A stretch of DNA of 64,000 nt, from positions 207,984-271,983 of the forward strand of contig JAJDCA010000014.1 in NCBI GenBank assembly GCA_029261055.1, read 5' to 3'. The DNA comes from Candidatus Omnitrophota bacterium (lineage in GTDB: Bacteria > Omnitrophota > Gorgyraeia > Zapsychrales > Zapsychraceae). Below the pieces are notes generated by a model that did no database searches, was not told where the DNA came from, and saw nothing but the letters and a program-made list of their open reading frames with translations. The position numbers and the translations under genes were made by a program. Positions within the stretch are counted from its first letter, which is position 1; every line of letters starts with the position of its first letter. Positions 8,476 through 22,232 of the stretch are shown here, piece by piece.

Positions 8476-11400
8476 ATGAAAAAAATAGTCATTCGGAATA
8501 CTAGTAAAACTCAAGATCATTTTGAGTTGCCCCATTTGTTGGATATTCAACTAGTGGCTTATGCTCATTTTTTACAAAGAGAAGTCCCTGCAGATAAAAA
8601 ACAAGATCATGGTATTGAAGAAGTCTTTCGTGAGGTTTTTCCGTTCGAGAGTTATGATGGCCAAGTAAGGTTAGAATACATAAGCTACACCTTAGGTAAA
8701 GAAAAATATTCATCATTAGAATGTAAGCGTCGAGGGATGAATTATGCAGCGCCTTTAAAAGTAAAGCTTCGTTTAATTACCCCCATTGATATTAAAGAGC
8801 AAGAAGTCTATTTTGGTGATTTTCCGCTCATGACGGATACAGGAACGTTTATTATTAATGGTGATGAAAGAGTTGTTGTGTCTCAAATTCAGCGTCCTCC
8901 AGGAGTTTCTTTTGAAGAGGAAATGCATCCTACAGGAAAATGTCTTTATCATGGACGGATTATCCCAACCCGGGGAGCCTGGTTTGAAATTAAATACGAT
9001 TTAAATAATATTTTGCTTGTATATGTTGATCGTCGGCGAAATTTTCCAGCTACACAGATTCTAAGAATTATGGGGCTATCCAGTAATGAGGATATTCAAA
9101 AATTTTTGGGAGATGATTTTGAGAAAATACAACCAACTTTAGAAAAAGATCATACAACGAATAAAGACGAAGCCCTTTTAGATTTTTATCGAAAAATGCG
9201 CCCAACGGAACCCGCAACCGTGGAAGTTGCCGATGCACTTTTTTACCGTTTATTTTTTGACCCAAAACGTTATGATTTGAGTAGAGTTGGTCGGTATATT
9301 GTTAATCGTAAATTAAAAATGGATGTACCTTTAGAAAATAAAGTTTTAGACATTAAGATGGTTGCAGAGGTTATTCGTTATTTAATAAATCTTCAAGAAG
9401 GTAAGGGCGAGACCGATGACATTGACCATTTAGGTAACAGGCGTATAAAGACAGTTGGGGAATTGGTCCAAAATCAAGTGCGTATTGGGCTTGCAAGAAT
9501 TGAAAGGTCCATTAAAGAACGCCTAGTTGTTATGAGTAATTTTGAAAATTTAACAGCCCATCATTTAATCAATTCCAGGCTTTTCTCAAATCAAATTCAA
9601 GATTTTTTTGCCCGAAGTCAGTTATCTCAGTTTATGGATCAGGTGAACCCTTTATCAGAGATGACCCACAAGCGAAGATTAAGTGCTTTAGGTCCTGGTG
9701 GTTTATCTAGAGAGCGTGCGGGCTTTGAGGTTCGTGATGTTCATCCAACGCATTATGGGCGCGTTTGTCCCATTGAAACACCGGAAGGCCCGAATATTGG
9801 GCTGATTTCTTCTTTGACAAATTGTTCTCGTGTTAATGAGTTAGGTTTTATTGAAACGCCTTATCGAAAAGTTGTCAAGGGACGTGTTACGAAAAAAATT
9901 GAGTATCTTACAGCTGACAAAGATCAGAATGAACATATTGCGCAGGCCAATGCAAAAATTGATTCTCAGGGGAATTTTGAGGATAAAGAAATTGTATGTC
10001 GATATAAAACTGATTTTCCAAAAGTTAAACCGGAAGATATTGGATATATGGATGTTTCCGCCTTGCAGATTGTTTCAACTGCAGCCTCGTTGATTCCTTT
10101 TTTAGAACATGATGATGCCAATCGTGCTTTAATGGGGTCAAATATGCAGAGACAGTCGGTTCCTTTAATGATACCGGAGGTTCCGCATGTTGGAACAGGT
10201 ATGGAAGGAAAGGTAGCTCGAGACTCAGGGGTTGTCGTGTTGGCAAAGAAAGCTGGAACAGTTACAAAAGCAGATGCCAAAGAAATTGTTGTTGATAAGG
10301 AGGTATATTCTTTGATGAATTATCAAAGAACAAATGCCAATACATGTATTCATCAACGTCCATTAATAAGTGTGGGTGATAAAGTAGCGGCTGGTCAAGT
10401 TGTTGCGGATGGTGTGGGAACTCAGCATGGGCGGTTAGCCTTGGGGCGTAATGTTTTAGTTGCCTTCATGCCATGGCGTGGATACAATTTTGAAGATGCT
10501 ATTTTAATTAATGAAAAGGTAGTCCGGGAAGATATTTTTACATCTATTCATATTGAGAAATTTGAATTGGAATGCCGAGAGACACGTTTAGGAAGCGAAG
10601 AAATTACAAGGGATATTCCTAATGTAAGTGAAGAAGCTTTAGTGAATTTGAATGAAGATGGGATTATCCGTATTGGTGCCGAAGTTAAGGCTGGAGATAT
10701 TCTTGTTGGTAAAGTTACGCCAAAAAGTGAAAAAGAACTTTCTCCGGAAGAAAGATTGTTGAGGGCGATATTCGGTGAAAAAGCTGCGGATATTCGTGAT
10801 ACCTCATTAACGCTTTCCCCTGGTATTCAAGGTGTTGTGGTTAATATTGAAGTTTTTCAACGGAATGAACGTGGACGAAAAACAAAGGCAGATAGAGTTA
10901 AAGAGCAGGAAGCTATTGAAAAAATTAAAGCCTATTACAAGCAAGAGATAGAGTTTGCTGAAAAAGAAAAAGAAAAACGTTTATGCAAGCTTCTAGGTAT
11001 TGATAAAACTAAATTTAGTCGGCTTAAGGTGGAAAAATTTGATGAAGATTCTGAAGAGCGTGAACTTCTTTCATTTTACAATGATAAAATTGCAGAACTT
11101 GTTGACGATGAAAGTCATGAAATTGAACGGATTAAACGCGGTGATGAATTGCCAGCAGGCGTCCTTAAAAGAGTTATTGTCTATGTGGCCACAAAACGAA
11201 AAATTTCTGAAGGTGACAAAATGGCAGGACGTCATGGAAATAAGGGGATTGTTTCACGTATATTGCCGTCAGAGGATATGCCGTTTTTAGCGGATGGAAC
11301 TCCTGTGGACATTGTATTAAATCCATTGGGTGTGCCTTCACGTATGAATGTGGGGCAGTTATTAGAAACTCATTTGGGTTGGGCTGCAAAGACGTTAGGT

Positions 11401-11946
11401 TTTCATGCCGAAACGCCTGTATTTAACGGCGCTTCTGAATTAGAAATACGTCAAGCTTTGAAGGATGCTGGGCTTCCTGAAGATGGAAAGACAACTGTGT
11501 ATGATGGATATTCCGGTATGCCGTTTGATCAAAAAGTTACGGTGGGTGTTATTTATATGTTCAAGTTAAACCATCTTGTTGATGAAAAAATACATGCACG
11601 TTCAATAGGTCCATACTCATTAGTAACTCAACAACCTCTCGGCGGGAAGGCTCATTTTGGAGGTCAGCGGTTTGGAGAAATGGAGGTTTGGGCATTAGAA
11701 GCTTATGGCGCGGCCTATACGCTTCAGGAAATGTTGACAGTGAAGAGTGATGATGTAACGGGACGAAGCAGAATGTATGAGGCGATTGTTAAAGGGCAGC
11801 AAAAATTAATTCCTGGAACACCAGAATCATTTAATGTCCTTGTAAAAGAATTACAGGGTTTGTGTTTAGATATCAAAATGGTCCGAATAAATTCGGATCA
11901 GCCAAAAACTAAACTTTTGAATAATCTAAAAGGACAAAAAAACTAA
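8476..11946 (+). CDS. rpoB: RNA polymerase beta subunit
   Basis: [38 protein letters not shown]. Confidence 0.99.
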   Translation: MKKIVIRNTSKTQDHFELPHLLDIQLVAYAHFLQREVPADKKQDHGIEEVFREVFPFESYDGQVRLEYISYTLGKEKYSSLECKRRGMNYAAPLKVKLRLITPIDIKEQEVYFGDFPLMTDTGTFIINGDERVVVSQIQRPPGVSFEEEMHPTGKCLYHGRIIPTRGAWFEIKYDLNNILLVYVDRRRNFPATQILRIMGLSSNEDIQKFLGDDFEKIQPTLEKDHTTNKDEALLDFYRKMRPTEPATVEVADALFYRLFFDPKRYDLSRVGRYIVNRKLKMDVPLENKVLDIKMVAEVIRYLINLQEGKGETDDIDHLGNRRIKTVGELVQNQVRIGLARIERSIKERLVVMSNFENLTAHHLINSRLFSNQIQDFFARSQLSQFMDQVNPLSEMTHKRRLSALGPGGLSRERAGFEVRDVHPTHYGRVCPIETPEGPNIGLISSLTNCSRVNELGFIETPYRKVVKGRVTKKIEYLTADKDQNEHIAQANAKIDSQGNFEDKEIVCRYKTDFPKVKPEDIGYMDVSALQIVSTAASLIPFLEHDDANRALMGSNMQRQSVPLMIPEVPHVGTGMEGKVARDSGVVVLAKKAGTVTKADAKEIVVDKEVYSLMNYQRTNANTCIHQRPLISVGDKVAAGQVVADGVGTQHGRLALGRNVLVAFMPWRGYNFEDAILINEKVVREDIFTSIHIEKFELECRETRLGSEEITRDIPNVSEEALVNLNEDGIIRIGAEVKAGDILVGKVTPKSEKELSPEERLLRAIFGEKAADIRDTSLTLSPGIQGVVVNIEVFQRNERGRKTKADRVKEQEAIEKIKAYYKQEIEFAEKEKEKRLCKLLGIDKTKFSRLKVEKFDEDSEERELLSFYNDKIAELVDDESHEIERIKRGDELPAGVLKRVIVYVATKRKISEGDKMAGRHGNKGIVSRILPSEDMPFLADGTPVDIVLNPLGVPSRMNVGQLLETHLGWAAKTLGFHAETPVFNGASELEIRQALKDAGLPEDGKTTVYDGYSGMPFDQKVTVGVIYMFKLNHLVDEKIHARSIGPYSLVTQQPLGGKAHFGGQRFGEMEVWALEAYGAAYTLQEMLTVKSDDVTGRSRMYEAIVKGQQKLIPGTPESFNVLVKELQGLCLDIKMVRINSDQPKTKLLNNLKGQKN

Positions 11947-11947
11947 T

Positions 11948-14900
11948 ATGATTAAGCCAAAAGAAAAAATAGCGAAGGTAGAAAAAGTAGACCATATTAG
12001 CATACAAATAGCTTCACCAGAGGTTATACGGGGATGGTCTTCAGGAATAATTTCTAAAGCAGAAACTCTTAATTATAGGACGTTAAAGCCTGAAAAAGAT
12101 GGTCTTTTTTGTGAAAAAATCTTTGGCCCTGTGCGTGATTGGGAGTGTAATTGCGGCAAATACAAGGGAATAAAATTTAAAGGTATTACATGCGATCGTT
12201 GTGGTGTTTTGGTAACGCGCTCATCAGTTCGTCGTGAACGCATGGGGCATATTGAATTAGCCTGCCCTGTAACACATATTTGGTTTTATAAGGCTGTCCC
12301 TAGTCGACTGGCCGCTTTATTACAGTTAAGCTTACGGGATTTAGAGAAGCTTATTTATTATGAAGAATACATTGTCATTGATCCGGGTGATACGTCCTTA
12401 AAGCTGAAACAATTATTGTCGGAAGATGAGTATCAAAACGCTTTAGTGAAATATGGTGGGGCCTTTAAAGCTAAAATAGGCGCTGTAGCTGTTAAGGAGC
12501 TGCTTCGTGAGATTGATCTTGCTCAACTGTGCAAAAAATTACGAAAAGATTTAGAAAAAACTAATCCTACCGGAACAAATGCTAAGAAAATTGCCAAGAC
12601 TCTCAAAATATGTGAAGATTTTAGAAGTTCAAATAATCTAGCTGAGTATATGGTCTTAGAGGTTCTCCCTGTGATTCCACCAGATTTAAGGCCGTTGGTG
12701 CCTCTCGAAGGTGGGCGTTTTGCTACATCAGATTTAAATGATCTATATCGTCGTGTTATTAACCGAAATAATCGATTAAAAAAATTGATTGATTTAAAGG
12801 CTCCTGAAATTATTTGCCGTAATGAAAAACGTATGCTTCAGGAAGCTGTCGATGCGCTATTAGATAATGGACGTCACGGTCGCCCAGTACTTGGTTCGGG
12901 TAATCGTCCTTTGAAATCGCTTTCGGATATGCTTAAAGGTAAACAAGGTCGATTTCGTATGAATCTTCTAGGAAAGCGTGTCGATTATTCAGGGCGTTCC
13001 GTTATCGTTGTTGGGCCAAAGTTAAAATTGCATCAATGTGGTCTTCCGAAGAAAATGGCATTAGAGCTTTTTGAACCATTTATTATCCGGAAACTTCGTG
13101 AAAAAGGTTTTGTCCATACAATCAAAGGGGCAAAGCGGATGGTTGAAAAAGCTAAAATTGAGGTATGGGATATCCTTGATGAAGTTATTCAAGACCACCC
13201 GATTATGCTGAATCGAGCTCCAACTTTGCATAGGCTCAGTATTCAAGCGTTTTATCCTGTGCTTGTTGAAGGGAAAGCTATAAAGCTTCATCCTTTAGTG
13301 TGTGCTGCATTTAATGCCGATTTTGATGGAGATCAAATGGCGGTCCATGTTCCATTATCTGCGGAAGCACAAATAGAATGTCGGTTAGAGTTATTGTCGA
13401 TTAACAATTTATTTTCTCCAGCTGATGGACGACCGGTTATTACGCCATCTCAAGATGTCGTTTTAGGGTTATATTATATGACCAAAGAGGATCAGGTTGT
13501 CAAAGAGGGGGATAAGGTATATGGCTCAAGAGAAGAGGTTGTTATTGCATTTAATGATGGGGTTTTAAATATACATAAAAGTCTAAAATTGCGACTTGAT
13601 AAACCTGTGTGGGGCGAAGAAAAGCCTTCTTTAATTATTTCTCAAGAAAAAGCTATTCAAGGAACTGAAAGTGCTAATGAGGAGAAATCAAAGTATAATA
13701 TTATTGAAACAACAGTTGGGCGCGTTTTGTTCAATGAAATTTTACCGGAAGAATTTGGGTTTGTTAATGAGTTATTAGATAAGAAGAAAATAGGATCCAT
13801 TGTATCTAATTGTTATAAGCGTTTTGGTCAGAGTATGACTATAATTCTTTTAGATGACTTAAAAAATCTTGGCTTCGCGCATGCAACTTTGGCTGGAATT
13901 TCCATCAGTATATCCGATATGACAATGCCTAAAGAAAAATTTGATATTTTAAAAAGCTCCAAGGCGGAAGTTGCTAAAGTTGAAGAGCAATACCGAAAAG
14001 GAATTATTACAGGGCGTGAGCGATACAATAAAATTATTGATGTTTGGACGCATACGACAGAATCAGTTTCTGATTTAGTTTTTAAGCGTATGGATCCATT
14101 TAACCCTGTTTTTATTATGGCAGATTCCGGTGCGAGAGGTTCGCGTCTTCAAATTAGACAACTTTCTGGTATGCGTGGGTTGATGGCTAAGCCTTCAGGG
14201 GAAATTATTGAAAATCCTATTACGGCAAGTTTTCGCGAAGGGTTGACGGTGTTGGAATACTTTATCTCAACGCATGGTGCACGTAAAGGGCTTGCAGATA
14301 CAGCTTTGAAAACAGCCGATGCGGGTTATTTAACAAGGCGACTTGTCGATGTGGCTCAAGAAATGGTTGTTACTGAAATGGACTGTAAAACGATGAATGG
14401 AATTACAGTTGCGGCTATTGTTGAAGGAGATGAATTGGTTGTGAGTTTGAAAGAGCGCATTACAGGGCGCGTCGCATTGGATAGTATTGTGGATGTCGTT
14501 ACTGACCAGCGTGTTGTCGAAGCTGGCGATATTATTACCGAAGAGACATCTGAATTTATCGAACATTTGGGTATCGAAAAAGTTCGTATTCGAAGTGTCT
14601 TGACATGTGAGGCTGCACGTGGATTGTGTGTAAAATGTTATGGGCGAAATTTAGCAACACAGCGTTTAGTTGAAATTGGTGAAGCTGTTGGGACCATTGC
14701 TGCCCAAAGTATCGGCGAGCCAGGAACTCAGTTGACAATGCGTACATTTCATATTGGGGGGACAGCAAGTCGTTCCATTGAGCAATCATTTTATAAGGCA
14801 AAAAATGATGGCATGGTTAAATATCATCAATTACGCGTCGTCGAGAAAGGTAAAGAATTTATTGTACTTAACCGAAATGGCTCGATTAGTATTAATAATG

Positions 14901-16075
14901 AATTTGGGCGTGAATTTGAAAGATATCAGCTTCCTCAAGGAGCTGTCATAAAATTTGCAGATAATGCCAATATTAAAAAAGAAACTGTTTTTGTTACGTG
15001 GGACCCATACACTATTCCAATTATTACTGAAGTGAAGGGGTTTGTAAGTTCGGAAGATGTGATTTCTGACGTAACAGTTCAGGAGGAGCAAAATCCTGTT
15101 ACGGGTGTTACAGAACGAGTCGTCGTCGAGCATAAGCAAGAGTATTCTCCGCAAATTATTATTACCGACGAGAAAGGTGAAGTCGTGGGGATTTATTCAA
15201 TTCCTATCGGCGCGCATATCCGCGTACAAGATAAGCAGGCCATCCGTGCTGGTGACTTAATTGCTAAAATTCCACGAGGAGCAGGTAAGACAAGAGATAT
15301 TACGGGCGGTCTTCCACGGGTTGCAGAATTATTTGAAGCGCGTAAACCTAAAGACCCTGCAATTATTAGTGAAATAGATGGTACGGTTGAATTTGGAGAA
15401 GATAAGCGTGGTCGTCGAACTATTATTGTAAAAAGTCAAACGGACATGACGGTGGAATATACCATACCTCATGGAAAGCATCCGAATGTTTATAAAGGGG
15501 ATCGTGTATTTTCAGGTCAGCAATTAACAGATGGCCCTGTTGTTCCTCATGATATTTTGAGAGTTTGTGGAGATAAAGTTCTTCAAGAATATTTACTTAA
15601 TGAAGTTCAAGAGGTTTATCGGCTCCAGGGTGTGCGTATTAATGATAAACATATCGAGTTAATTATTTCTCAAATGCTCAAAAAAGTTAAAATTGAAAAT
15701 TCTGGTGATACAGATTTCTTGATTGGCGAGAGTATAGATCGTAATGCATTTAAAAGAGCAAATGAAAAAGTATTAACAAAAAAAGGAAAACCAGCTCAAG
15801 CCACACCAATACTTTTAGGGATCACAAAGGTTTCCTTGACGACGGATAGCTTTATATCTGCGGCAAGTTTTCAAGAAACAACAAGGGTCTTGACAGATGC
15901 AGCTTCTTCTGGTAAAATTGACGTTCTTTCCGGCTTGAAAGAGAACGTAATTGTAGGGCATCTCGTACCAGCAGGGACGGGATTAAAACAATATGAACAA
16001 GTAGAAATGGTGAAATATGCCAACGATACAACAACTGATTCGGAAGAGAAGAACACAGAAAAGCAAGAAGAGTAA
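11948..16075 (+). CDS. rpoC: RNA polymerase beta' subunit
   Basis: NADFDGDQM catalytic motif, Zn finger, trigger loop with SI3-type insertion. Confidence 0.99.
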   Translation: MIKPKEKIAKVEKVDHISIQIASPEVIRGWSSGIISKAETLNYRTLKPEKDGLFCEKIFGPVRDWECNCGKYKGIKFKGITCDRCGVLVTRSSVRRERMGHIELACPVTHIWFYKAVPSRLAALLQLSLRDLEKLIYYEEYIVIDPGDTSLKLKQLLSEDEYQNALVKYGGAFKAKIGAVAVKELLREIDLAQLCKKLRKDLEKTNPTGTNAKKIAKTLKICEDFRSSNNLAEYMVLEVLPVIPPDLRPLVPLEGGRFATSDLNDLYRRVINRNNRLKKLIDLKAPEIICRNEKRMLQEAVDALLDNGRHGRPVLGSGNRPLKSLSDMLKGKQGRFRMNLLGKRVDYSGRSVIVVGPKLKLHQCGLPKKMALELFEPFIIRKLREKGFVHTIKGAKRMVEKAKIEVWDILDEVIQDHPIMLNRAPTLHRLSIQAFYPVLVEGKAIKLHPLVCAAFNADFDGDQMAVHVPLSAEAQIECRLELLSINNLFSPADGRPVITPSQDVVLGLYYMTKEDQVVKEGDKVYGSREEVVIAFNDGVLNIHKSLKLRLDKPVWGEEKPSLIISQEKAIQGTESANEEKSKYNIIETTVGRVLFNEILPEEFGFVNELLDKKKIGSIVSNCYKRFGQSMTIILLDDLKNLGFAHATLAGISISISDMTMPKEKFDILKSSKAEVAKVEEQYRKGIITGRERYNKIIDVWTHTTESVSDLVFKRMDPFNPVFIMADSGARGSRLQIRQLSGMRGLMAKPSGEIIENPITASFREGLTVLEYFISTHGARKGLADTALKTADAGYLTRRLVDVAQEMVVTEMDCKTMNGITVAAIVEGDELVVSLKERITGRVALDSIVDVVTDQRVVEAGDIITEETSEFIEHLGIEKVRIRSVLTCEAARGLCVKCYGRNLATQRLVEIGEAVGTIAAQSIGEPGTQLTMRTFHIGGTASRSIEQSFYKAKNDGMVKYHQLRVVEKGKEFIVLNRNGSISINNEFGREFERYQLPQGAVIKFADNANIKKETVFVTWDPYTIPIITEVKGFVSSEDVISDVTVQEEQNPVTGVTERVVVEHKQEYSPQIIITDEKGEVVGIYSIPIGAHIRVQDKQAIRAGDLIAKIPRGAGKTRDITGGLPRVAELFEARKPKDPAIISEIDGTVEFGEDKRGRRTIIVKSQTDMTVEYTIPHGKHPNVYKGDRVFSGQQLTDGPVVPHDILRVCGDKVLQEYLLNEVQEVYRLQGVRINDKHIELIISQMLKKVKIENSGDTDFLIGESIDRNAFKRANEKVLTKKGKPAQATPILLGITKVSLTTDSFISAASFQETTRVLTDAASSGKIDVLSGLKENVIVGHLVPAGTGLKQYEQVEMVKYANDTTTDSEEKNTEKQEE

Positions 16076-16397
16076 ATCGCCTGCATTAACAAATTGTCCT
16101 TTTCGTAGAGGCGTTTGTCTTCAGGTGAAAACAATGACACCAAAAAAACCTAATTCGGCTTTACGTAAAATAGCCAGGGTTCGGTTGTCAAATAAATTTG
16201 AAGTAACTTCATATATTCCGGGTGAGGGACATAACTTACAAGAACATTCAATTGTACTTGTTCGAGGTGGACGTGTTAAAGATTTACCGGGAGTTCGTTA
16301 CCATATTGTAAGAGGCTCATTAGACACTGCAGGTGTCAATAAAAGAAAAAAATCCCGTTCCAAATATGGAACTAAAAAAGAAAAAGTAAAATCTTAA
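16017..16397 (+). CDS. rpsL: 30S ribosomal protein S12
   Basis: [27 protein letters not shown]. Confidence 0.99.
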   Translation: MPTIQQLIRKRRTQKSKKSKSPALTNCPFRRGVCLQVKTMTPKKPNSALRKIARVRLSNKFEVTSYIPGEGHNLQEHSIVLVRGGRVKDLPGVRYHIVRGSLDTAGVNKRKKSRSKYGTKKEKVKS

Positions 16398-16400
16398 GTT

Positions 16401-16871
16401 ATGAGAAGACGAAAAGCAGAACGAAGAATAGTAGAACCTGATGCAAAATATAATAGTCGTTTAGTGGCAAAATTTATCAATGCTGTTATGCTCGAAGGCA
16501 AAAAAACTGTAGCAGAACACATTGTCTATGGCGCCTTAGACGTGATTGAAACAAAGACACATGAAAATAATGGTTTAAAAGTATTTAATAAGGCGATTGA
16601 AAATGTGCGACCCAGGCTTGAAGTAAAAGCCCGGCGAGTAGGGGGTGCAACCTATCAAGTTCCCACCGAAGTTTCTTCAGCCCGAGGAAATGCATTAGCC
16701 ATGCGATGGATAAGAGATTTTTCCCGTAAGAAAAAGGGAAAAGCTATGATGAATAAATTGGCAGATGAACTCCTCTCTGCATACAAAGGAGAAGGCGCAG
16801 CCGTTAAAAAGCGTGATGACACGCATAAAATGGCTGATTCCAACAAGGCTTTTTCTCACCTACGGTGGTAA
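16401..16871 (+). CDS. rpsG: 30S ribosomal protein S7
   Basis: RRVGGATYQVP. Confidence 0.98.
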   Translation: MRRRKAERRIVEPDAKYNSRLVAKFINAVMLEGKKTVAEHIVYGALDVIETKTHENNGLKVFNKAIENVRPRLEVKARRVGGATYQVPTEVSSARGNALAMRWIRDFSRKKKGKAMMNKLADELLSAYKGEGAAVKKRDDTHKMADSNKAFSHLRW

Positions 16872-16877
16872 ATAAAA

Positions 16878-18971
16878 ATGGCAGAATTCGAACTTAAAGA
16901 TGTAAGAAACATAGGCATTATTGCGCATATTGATGCCGGTAAAACAACGACCACAGAACGCATTTTGTTCTATTGTGGAGAAATTCATAAGATGGGTACC
17001 GTTGATGAAGGTAACGCCACTATGGATTGGATGGCTCAAGAGCAAGAGCGAGGTATTACGATTACTTCTGCTAATACGACGTGCTATTGGAAAGATAAGA
17101 AAATAAATATTATTGATACTCCGGGACACGTTGATTTTACTATTGAGGTCGAGAGATCTTTAAAGGTTTTAGATGGTGCGGTTGTTGTTTTGTGTGCAAC
17201 CAGCGGTGTTCAGTCTCAGACAGAAACTGTTTGGCGTCAAGCAGATCGTTATAAAGTTCCACGTGTCGCATTTATTAATAAATTAGATCGCCTTGGAGCC
17301 AGTTTTGACCGCGTCCTTGGGGAAATTCATGAGCGTTTAGGTGCTAATGCAGCAGCAATTCAGTTTCCTAATGCTTCGGAAGAGGATTTCAAGGGTATTG
17401 TCGATGTTGTTACAGAAAAATACCATGTCTACAATGATGATAAGGGTGAGGATATTACGGTATCCGATGTTCCTGAAGAATTTCAAGAAAAATTAAAGGA
17501 ATTTAGACATGTTTTATTGGAGCGATTATCTGATGCTGACGATGAGATTATGGAAAAATTCCTAGAAGAAAAAGAAATTACGACCGAAGATATTAAATCT
17601 GCTATTCGACGGGCTGTTGTTAAGAGTGCATTTTTACCTGTTTTATGTGGAACGGCTTTACGAAATAAAGGTGTTCAATTGGTGTTAGATGCAGTAAATG
17701 ATTATTTGCCGTCCCCATTAGATGTTCCCCCTGTTGAAGGGATAGATATTGAAACAGAAGAAAAAATTACACGTGAGACAAAGGTTGAAGAACCTCTAAG
17801 TGCGCTTGTTTTTAAAGTTGCAACAGATCCATATGTGGGAAAATTATTTTATACAAGAATATATTCTGGTGTAATTACATCAGGTACACAAGTCTACAAT
17901 TCTTCAGAAGACAAAAAAGAAAGAATAGCAAAAATTGTTGTTATGCACTCTAATAAGCAAGAAATTGTGCCACAAGCTGCTGCTGGGGAAATTGTCGCCC
18001 TGGTCGGGTTGAAACAGTCGAAATCAGGAAATACGCTTTGTGATTTTGATAATAAAATTCTTATTGAGAATATGCGAATTCCTGAGCCTGTTGTGTCTAT
18101 GTCTATTGAACCAAAGACTAAAGCTGATCAAGATAAAATGGGTTTAACTTTGAAGAAATTTTTGGATGAGGATCCTTCGTTAAGGGTTAAATATGATGAT
18201 GATACTGCGCAGACTATAATTTCAGGGATGGGAGAATTGCATTTAGAGATTATTATTGACCGCATGAAGAGAGAATTTAATTTAGATACAAATATAGGTC
18301 GTCCGCAGGTTGCGTACAAAGAAACTATTACAGGAAAAGCTAATAATATTTCAGGGAAATTTATTACGCAAACAGGTGGGCGTGGACAATATGGACATTG
18401 TGTTATTAATATTGAGCCGGCAGAGAAAAAAGGGGCTGGCGTTACATTTATAAATCAGATTAAAGGTGGTGCTATTCCCCGAGAATATATTAAACCTGTT
18501 GAAAAAGGTATTCGTGATGGTGCTTTAACAGGTATTTTGGCAGGGTATCCTGTTACAGATTTTACGATTACTTTAATTGACGGATCATATCATGATGTGG
18601 ATTCTAGTGAGCTTGCTTTTCATTTGGCTGCTAAAGCGGCTTTAAAAGAAGGTTTACACAAGGCTGGTTCTGTATTTTTGGAGCCGATTATGGATGTTGA
18701 ATTGGGTGCTCCTGAAGAGTTCATGGGGCCTGTCTTAGGTGATTTAAATCAACGACGAGCTAAGATTGTTAATCTTGGGAATATAGGAAATTTAAAAACA
18801 GCGCGTTGTGAAGTTCCATTAGCAGAAATGTTTAATTATGCTAATGCTTTAAGATCTTTAACTCAAGGTCGAGCATCATTTTCAATGGAGCCGGCTTTTT
18901 ATGCAGAAGTGCCGAAGTATATTGCCGACAAAATTATTGGAGCAAGAGAAGAATTATCTGGTAAAAAATAG
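16878..18971 (+). CDS. fusA: Elongation factor G
   Basis: [31 protein letters not shown]. Confidence 0.98.
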   Translation: MAEFELKDVRNIGIIAHIDAGKTTTTERILFYCGEIHKMGTVDEGNATMDWMAQEQERGITITSANTTCYWKDKKINIIDTPGHVDFTIEVERSLKVLDGAVVVLCATSGVQSQTETVWRQADRYKVPRVAFINKLDRLGASFDRVLGEIHERLGANAAAIQFPNASEEDFKGIVDVVTEKYHVYNDDKGEDITVSDVPEEFQEKLKEFRHVLLERLSDADDEIMEKFLEEKEITTEDIKSAIRRAVVKSAFLPVLCGTALRNKGVQLVLDAVNDYLPSPLDVPPVEGIDIETEEKITRETKVEEPLSALVFKVATDPYVGKLFYTRIYSGVITSGTQVYNSSEDKKERIAKIVVMHSNKQEIVPQAAAGEIVALVGLKQSKSGNTLCDFDNKILIENMRIPEPVVSMSIEPKTKADQDKMGLTLKKFLDEDPSLRVKYDDDTAQTIISGMGELHLEIIIDRMKREFNLDTNIGRPQVAYKETITGKANNISGKFITQTGGRGQYGHCVINIEPAEKKGAGVTFINQIKGGAIPREYIKPVEKGIRDGALTGILAGYPVTDFTITLIDGSYHDVDSSELAFHLAAKAALKEGLHKAGSVFLEPIMDVELGAPEEFMGPVLGDLNQRRAKIVNLGNIGNLKTARCEVPLAEMFNYANALRSLTQGRASFSMEPAFYAEVPKYIADKIIGAREELSGKK

Positions 18972-18994
18972 AATGAAAAAAGGAGATATTAAAA

Positions 18995-20188
18995 ATGGCT
19001 AAAGAAAAATTCGTACGAAACAAACCGCATTTAAACATTGGAACCATAGGGCACGTTGACCACGGAAAAACAACCCTTAGTGCTGCGATTACAACATATT
19101 TAGAAAAAGACGGTATGGCTCAAGCAAGATCTTATGATTCTATTGATAATGCTCCTGAAGAAAAAGAGCGAGGGGTTACGATTAATATTGCTCACTTAGA
19201 GTATGAAACAGAAAAGCGTCATTATGCTCATATTGATTGTCCGGGACATGCTGATTATATTAAAAATATGATCACCGGGGCGGCTCAAATGGATGGGGCT
19301 ATCCTTGTGGTTTCTGCTGCTGATGGGGCGATGCCTCAAACCAAAGAGCATATCCTTTTAGCTCGCCAGGTAAATGTTCCTTCATTAGTTGTTTTTTTAA
19401 ACAAATGTGACCAAGTTGAAGATAAAGAGCTTCTTGAGCTCGTTGAAATGGAATTGAGAGAACTTTTAACAAAATATCAATATGATGGAGATAACACACC
19501 TATTATTCAGGGGAGTGCATTGCAAGCTCTTGAGAATATGGGCGATGCCGAAAAAACAAAGCCTATTGATGATCTTATGAAGGCTGTTGATGATTTTATT
19601 CCAGAGCCACCGCGCGAATTAGATAAGCCATTTTTGATGGCTGTTGAAGATGTTTTTTCAATCTCTGGTCGGGGAACTGTTGCGACAGGGCGGATTGAAA
19701 GAGGTAAGGTTCATGTGGGTGAAGAAGTGGAAATTGTAGGTATGAAAGAAGAGATTGCTAAGACTATAGTTACTGGTGTCGAAATGTTTCGTAAGGAATT
19801 AGATGAAGGCCAAGCAGGCGACAATGTTGGGCTACTATTAAGAGGTGTTGATAAAGAAAGTATCGAAAGAGGGCAAGTTTTAGCGGAAAAGGGTTCAATC
19901 AAATCGCATACAAAATTTAAAGCTAAGGCATACATTTTAACAAAAGAAGAAGGTGGTCGACACACCCCATTTTTTAAAGGGTATAGACCACAATTTTACT
20001 TTCGTACTACAGACGTTACAGGAACGGCAACGCTACCAGAAGGTGTTGAAATGTGCATGCCTGGTGATGACGTGGAAATGGAAGTTGAATTGATCGTGCC
20101 TATCGCGATTGAAAAGGAATTAAGATTTGCTATTCGTGAGGGTGGGCGTACTGTTGGGGCCGGCGTTATTCATGAGATTCTGGCATAA
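18995..20188 (+). CDS. tuf: Elongation factor Tu
   Basis: [28 protein letters not shown]. Confidence 0.99.
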   Translation: MAKEKFVRNKPHLNIGTIGHVDHGKTTLSAAITTYLEKDGMAQARSYDSIDNAPEEKERGVTINIAHLEYETEKRHYAHIDCPGHADYIKNMITGAAQMDGAILVVSAADGAMPQTKEHILLARQVNVPSLVVFLNKCDQVEDKELLELVEMELRELLTKYQYDGDNTPIIQGSALQALENMGDAEKTKPIDDLMKAVDDFIPEPPRELDKPFLMAVEDVFSISGRGTVATGRIERGKVHVGEEVEIVGMKEEIAKTIVTGVEMFRKELDEGQAGDNVGLLLRGVDKESIERGQVLAEKGSIKSHTKFKAKAYILTKEEGGRHTPFFKGYRPQFYFRTTDVTGTATLPEGVEMCMPGDDVEMEVELIVPIAIEKELRFAIREGGRTVGAGVIHEILA

Positions 20189-20206
20189 AATAGGTTTAAT
20201 GATATT

Positions 20207-20509
20207 ATGCAAAAAATAAGAATAAGATTAAAAGCCTTTGATCATCGACTTATTGATCAGTCGGCACAAGAAATAGTTGATACAGCAATACGTACTGGTG
20301 CAAAAGTTTCGGGACCAGTGCCATTGCCAACAAAAAAAGAGCTTTATACTGTTTTAAGATCTCCTGTTATTGATAAAAAATCCAGGGAGCAATTTGGTCT
20401 TGCAACACATAAGAGACTAATTGATCTTATTGAGCCAACAGGTAAAACAGTAGAGGCTTTGCGAAAACTTAACTTACCCGCAGGGGTAGATGTGGAAATC
20501 AAACAATGA
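20207..20509 (+). CDS. rpsJ: 30S ribosomal protein S10
   Basis: [17 protein letters not shown]. Confidence 0.98.
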   Translation: MQKIRIRLKAFDHRLIDQSAQEIVDTAIRTGAKVSGPVPLPTKKELYTVLRSPVIDKKSREQFGLATHKRLIDLIEPTGKTVEALRKLNLPAGVDVEIKQ

Positions 20510-21243
20510 TTAATGGCTTATTAGGAAAAAAAGTTGGCATGACTCAAATTTTTGATAAGGAGGGAAATATTATTCCTGTAACACTTATTGAAACGGGTCC
20601 TTGTAAGATTGTAGAGCTTCTTGACTCCCCTCTGAAGGTTAAAGTAGGTTTTGATGAGACTAAAGAATCAAGAGTAACAAAGCCTCTGCGAGGAATGTAT
20701 AAAAAAGCTGGTGTTAATCCTATGCGTATCTGTAAAGAGTTTTTTTCTTCTGATAATAAAGATTATACAATTGGGCAAGAAATAAAAGCCGATTTATTCA
20801 AGCCGGGTGATTATGTTGATATTTCTGGGAAATCTATAGGAAAAGGATTTCAAGGTGGCATGAAGCGCTGGGGATGGTCTGGTGGTCCTGCAGGGCATGG
20901 TTCCAGGCATCATAGGCGAGTAGGATCCATTGGAGCCTGTGCTGATCCATCGAAAACAAACAGAGGTCGCCATATGCCCGGTCAAATGGGTGCAACGAAC
21001 GTTACCGTGCAAGGTTTAAGGGTCATGGATGTTAATTCAGAAAAAAATATTATTTTAGTTAAAGGTGCTGTCCCAGGATGTGTTAATGCTATTGTTACGC
21101 TTAATCTTTCAAAAAAGAAGAAATTTAAGGCTTTGGATGAAAAGAAAAAAGTTGTGGTTCATAAAGTAAATCCGATGAAACAAAGCAAGGCTAAGGCTGG
21201 TGCAAGCAAGGCAAAAGGTAAATCTAAAGGTAAAAAGAAATAA
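20506..21243 (+). CDS. rplC: 50S ribosomal protein L3 with Lys-rich C-terminal extension
   Basis: [21 protein letters not shown]. Confidence 0.98.
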   Translation: MINGLLGKKVGMTQIFDKEGNIIPVTLIETGPCKIVELLDSPLKVKVGFDETKESRVTKPLRGMYKKAGVNPMRICKEFFSSDNKDYTIGQEIKADLFKPGDYVDISGKSIGKGFQGGMKRWGWSGGPAGHGSRHHRRVGSIGACADPSKTNRGRHMPGQMGATNVTVQGLRVMDVNSEKNIILVKGAVPGCVNAIVTLNLSKKKKFKALDEKKKVVVHKVNPMKQSKAKAGASKAKGKSKGKKK

Positions 21244-21254
21244 GGGAGAATTAA

Positions 21255-21908
21255 GTGGCGGTTCTTGCAGTAACAGATAAAAACGGAAAAAAGACTGAAA
21301 GCATTGAATTACCTGATGCAATTTTTAATCCAAAAATTAATACAAAAGTGATTCATCAAGCAGTTGTGATGTATCAAGCTTCTCTTAGAGAGGGTAATGC
21401 CTCAACCAAAGAACGTGCAGATGTTTCTGGAGGAGGGCGAAAGCCTTATCGTCAAAAAGGGACGGGTCGTGCACGAGCTGGTTCATCCCGTTCACCATTG
21501 TGGAGAGGTGGTGGAACCACTTTTGGTCCACATCCTAGAGATTTTAGCTATACATTGCCAAAAAAGATAAGAACAGCAGCTTTGAGAGAAAGTTTAAACG
21601 TGAAGTATCAAGATAACAATATACTCTGTGTTGAAGATTTGAATGAGGCTCTAAATAAAACAAAAGAATTTGCAGGTATATTAAAAAATTTAAATCTTAA
21701 TGGAAAGATTCTTGCCATTTTAGATGGAAGTGATCCCGCTATTCAGCGTGTTTCACAAAATATTGCACGATTATCTTTAATGAGATCTCAAGATGTCAAT
21801 GCGTACGACGTAATGCGATGTAAAAAAATATTAGTATCTAGAAGTGCGATTACAAATTTGATAACTAGAGTTGAAACAAAACAAGTTAAGACTGAGAATA
21901 AAGAATGA
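21255..21908 (+). CDS. rplD: 50S ribosomal protein L4
   Basis: RKPYRQKGTGRARAGS. Confidence 0.98.
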   Translation: MAVLAVTDKNGKKTESIELPDAIFNPKINTKVIHQAVVMYQASLREGNASTKERADVSGGGRKPYRQKGTGRARAGSSRSPLWRGGGTTFGPHPRDFSYTLPKKIRTAALRESLNVKYQDNNILCVEDLNEALNKTKEFAGILKNLNLNGKILAILDGSDPAIQRVSQNIARLSLMRSQDVNAYDVMRCKKILVSRSAITNLITRVETKQVKTENKE

Positions 21909-22183
21909 TTACCTGTTACGATATAATTAAAGCTTTGCTCCGTACAGAAAAAGGAGCTATGTTCGAGTCTGATAGAAAATATTTTTTTCAGGTAGCTTCA
22001 AAATCTAATAAAATAGAAATTAAAAAGGCTATCGAAGAAATTTATAAAGTAAAGGTTGCTTCTGTTAATACAACAATGGTTCCTGGAAAATTGAAAAGAG
22101 TTCGCAGGGAAATTGGAAGAACAACATCTTGGAAAAAGGCCATCGTTACTTTAAAAGAAGGTCAAAAAATAGAAACAACTTGA
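21905..22183 (+). CDS. rplW: 50S ribosomal protein L23
   Basis: TEK, KKAIVTL; synteny. Confidence 0.96.
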   Translation: MITCYDIIKALLRTEKGAMFESDRKYFFQVASKSNKIEIKKAIEEIYKVKVASVNTTMVPGKLKRVRREIGRTTSWKKAIVTLKEGQKIETT

Positions 22184-22232
22184 TGTAGTGTTCACAAAGC
22201 ATTTTTAGAATACTATACTTGGGGATAATTAA

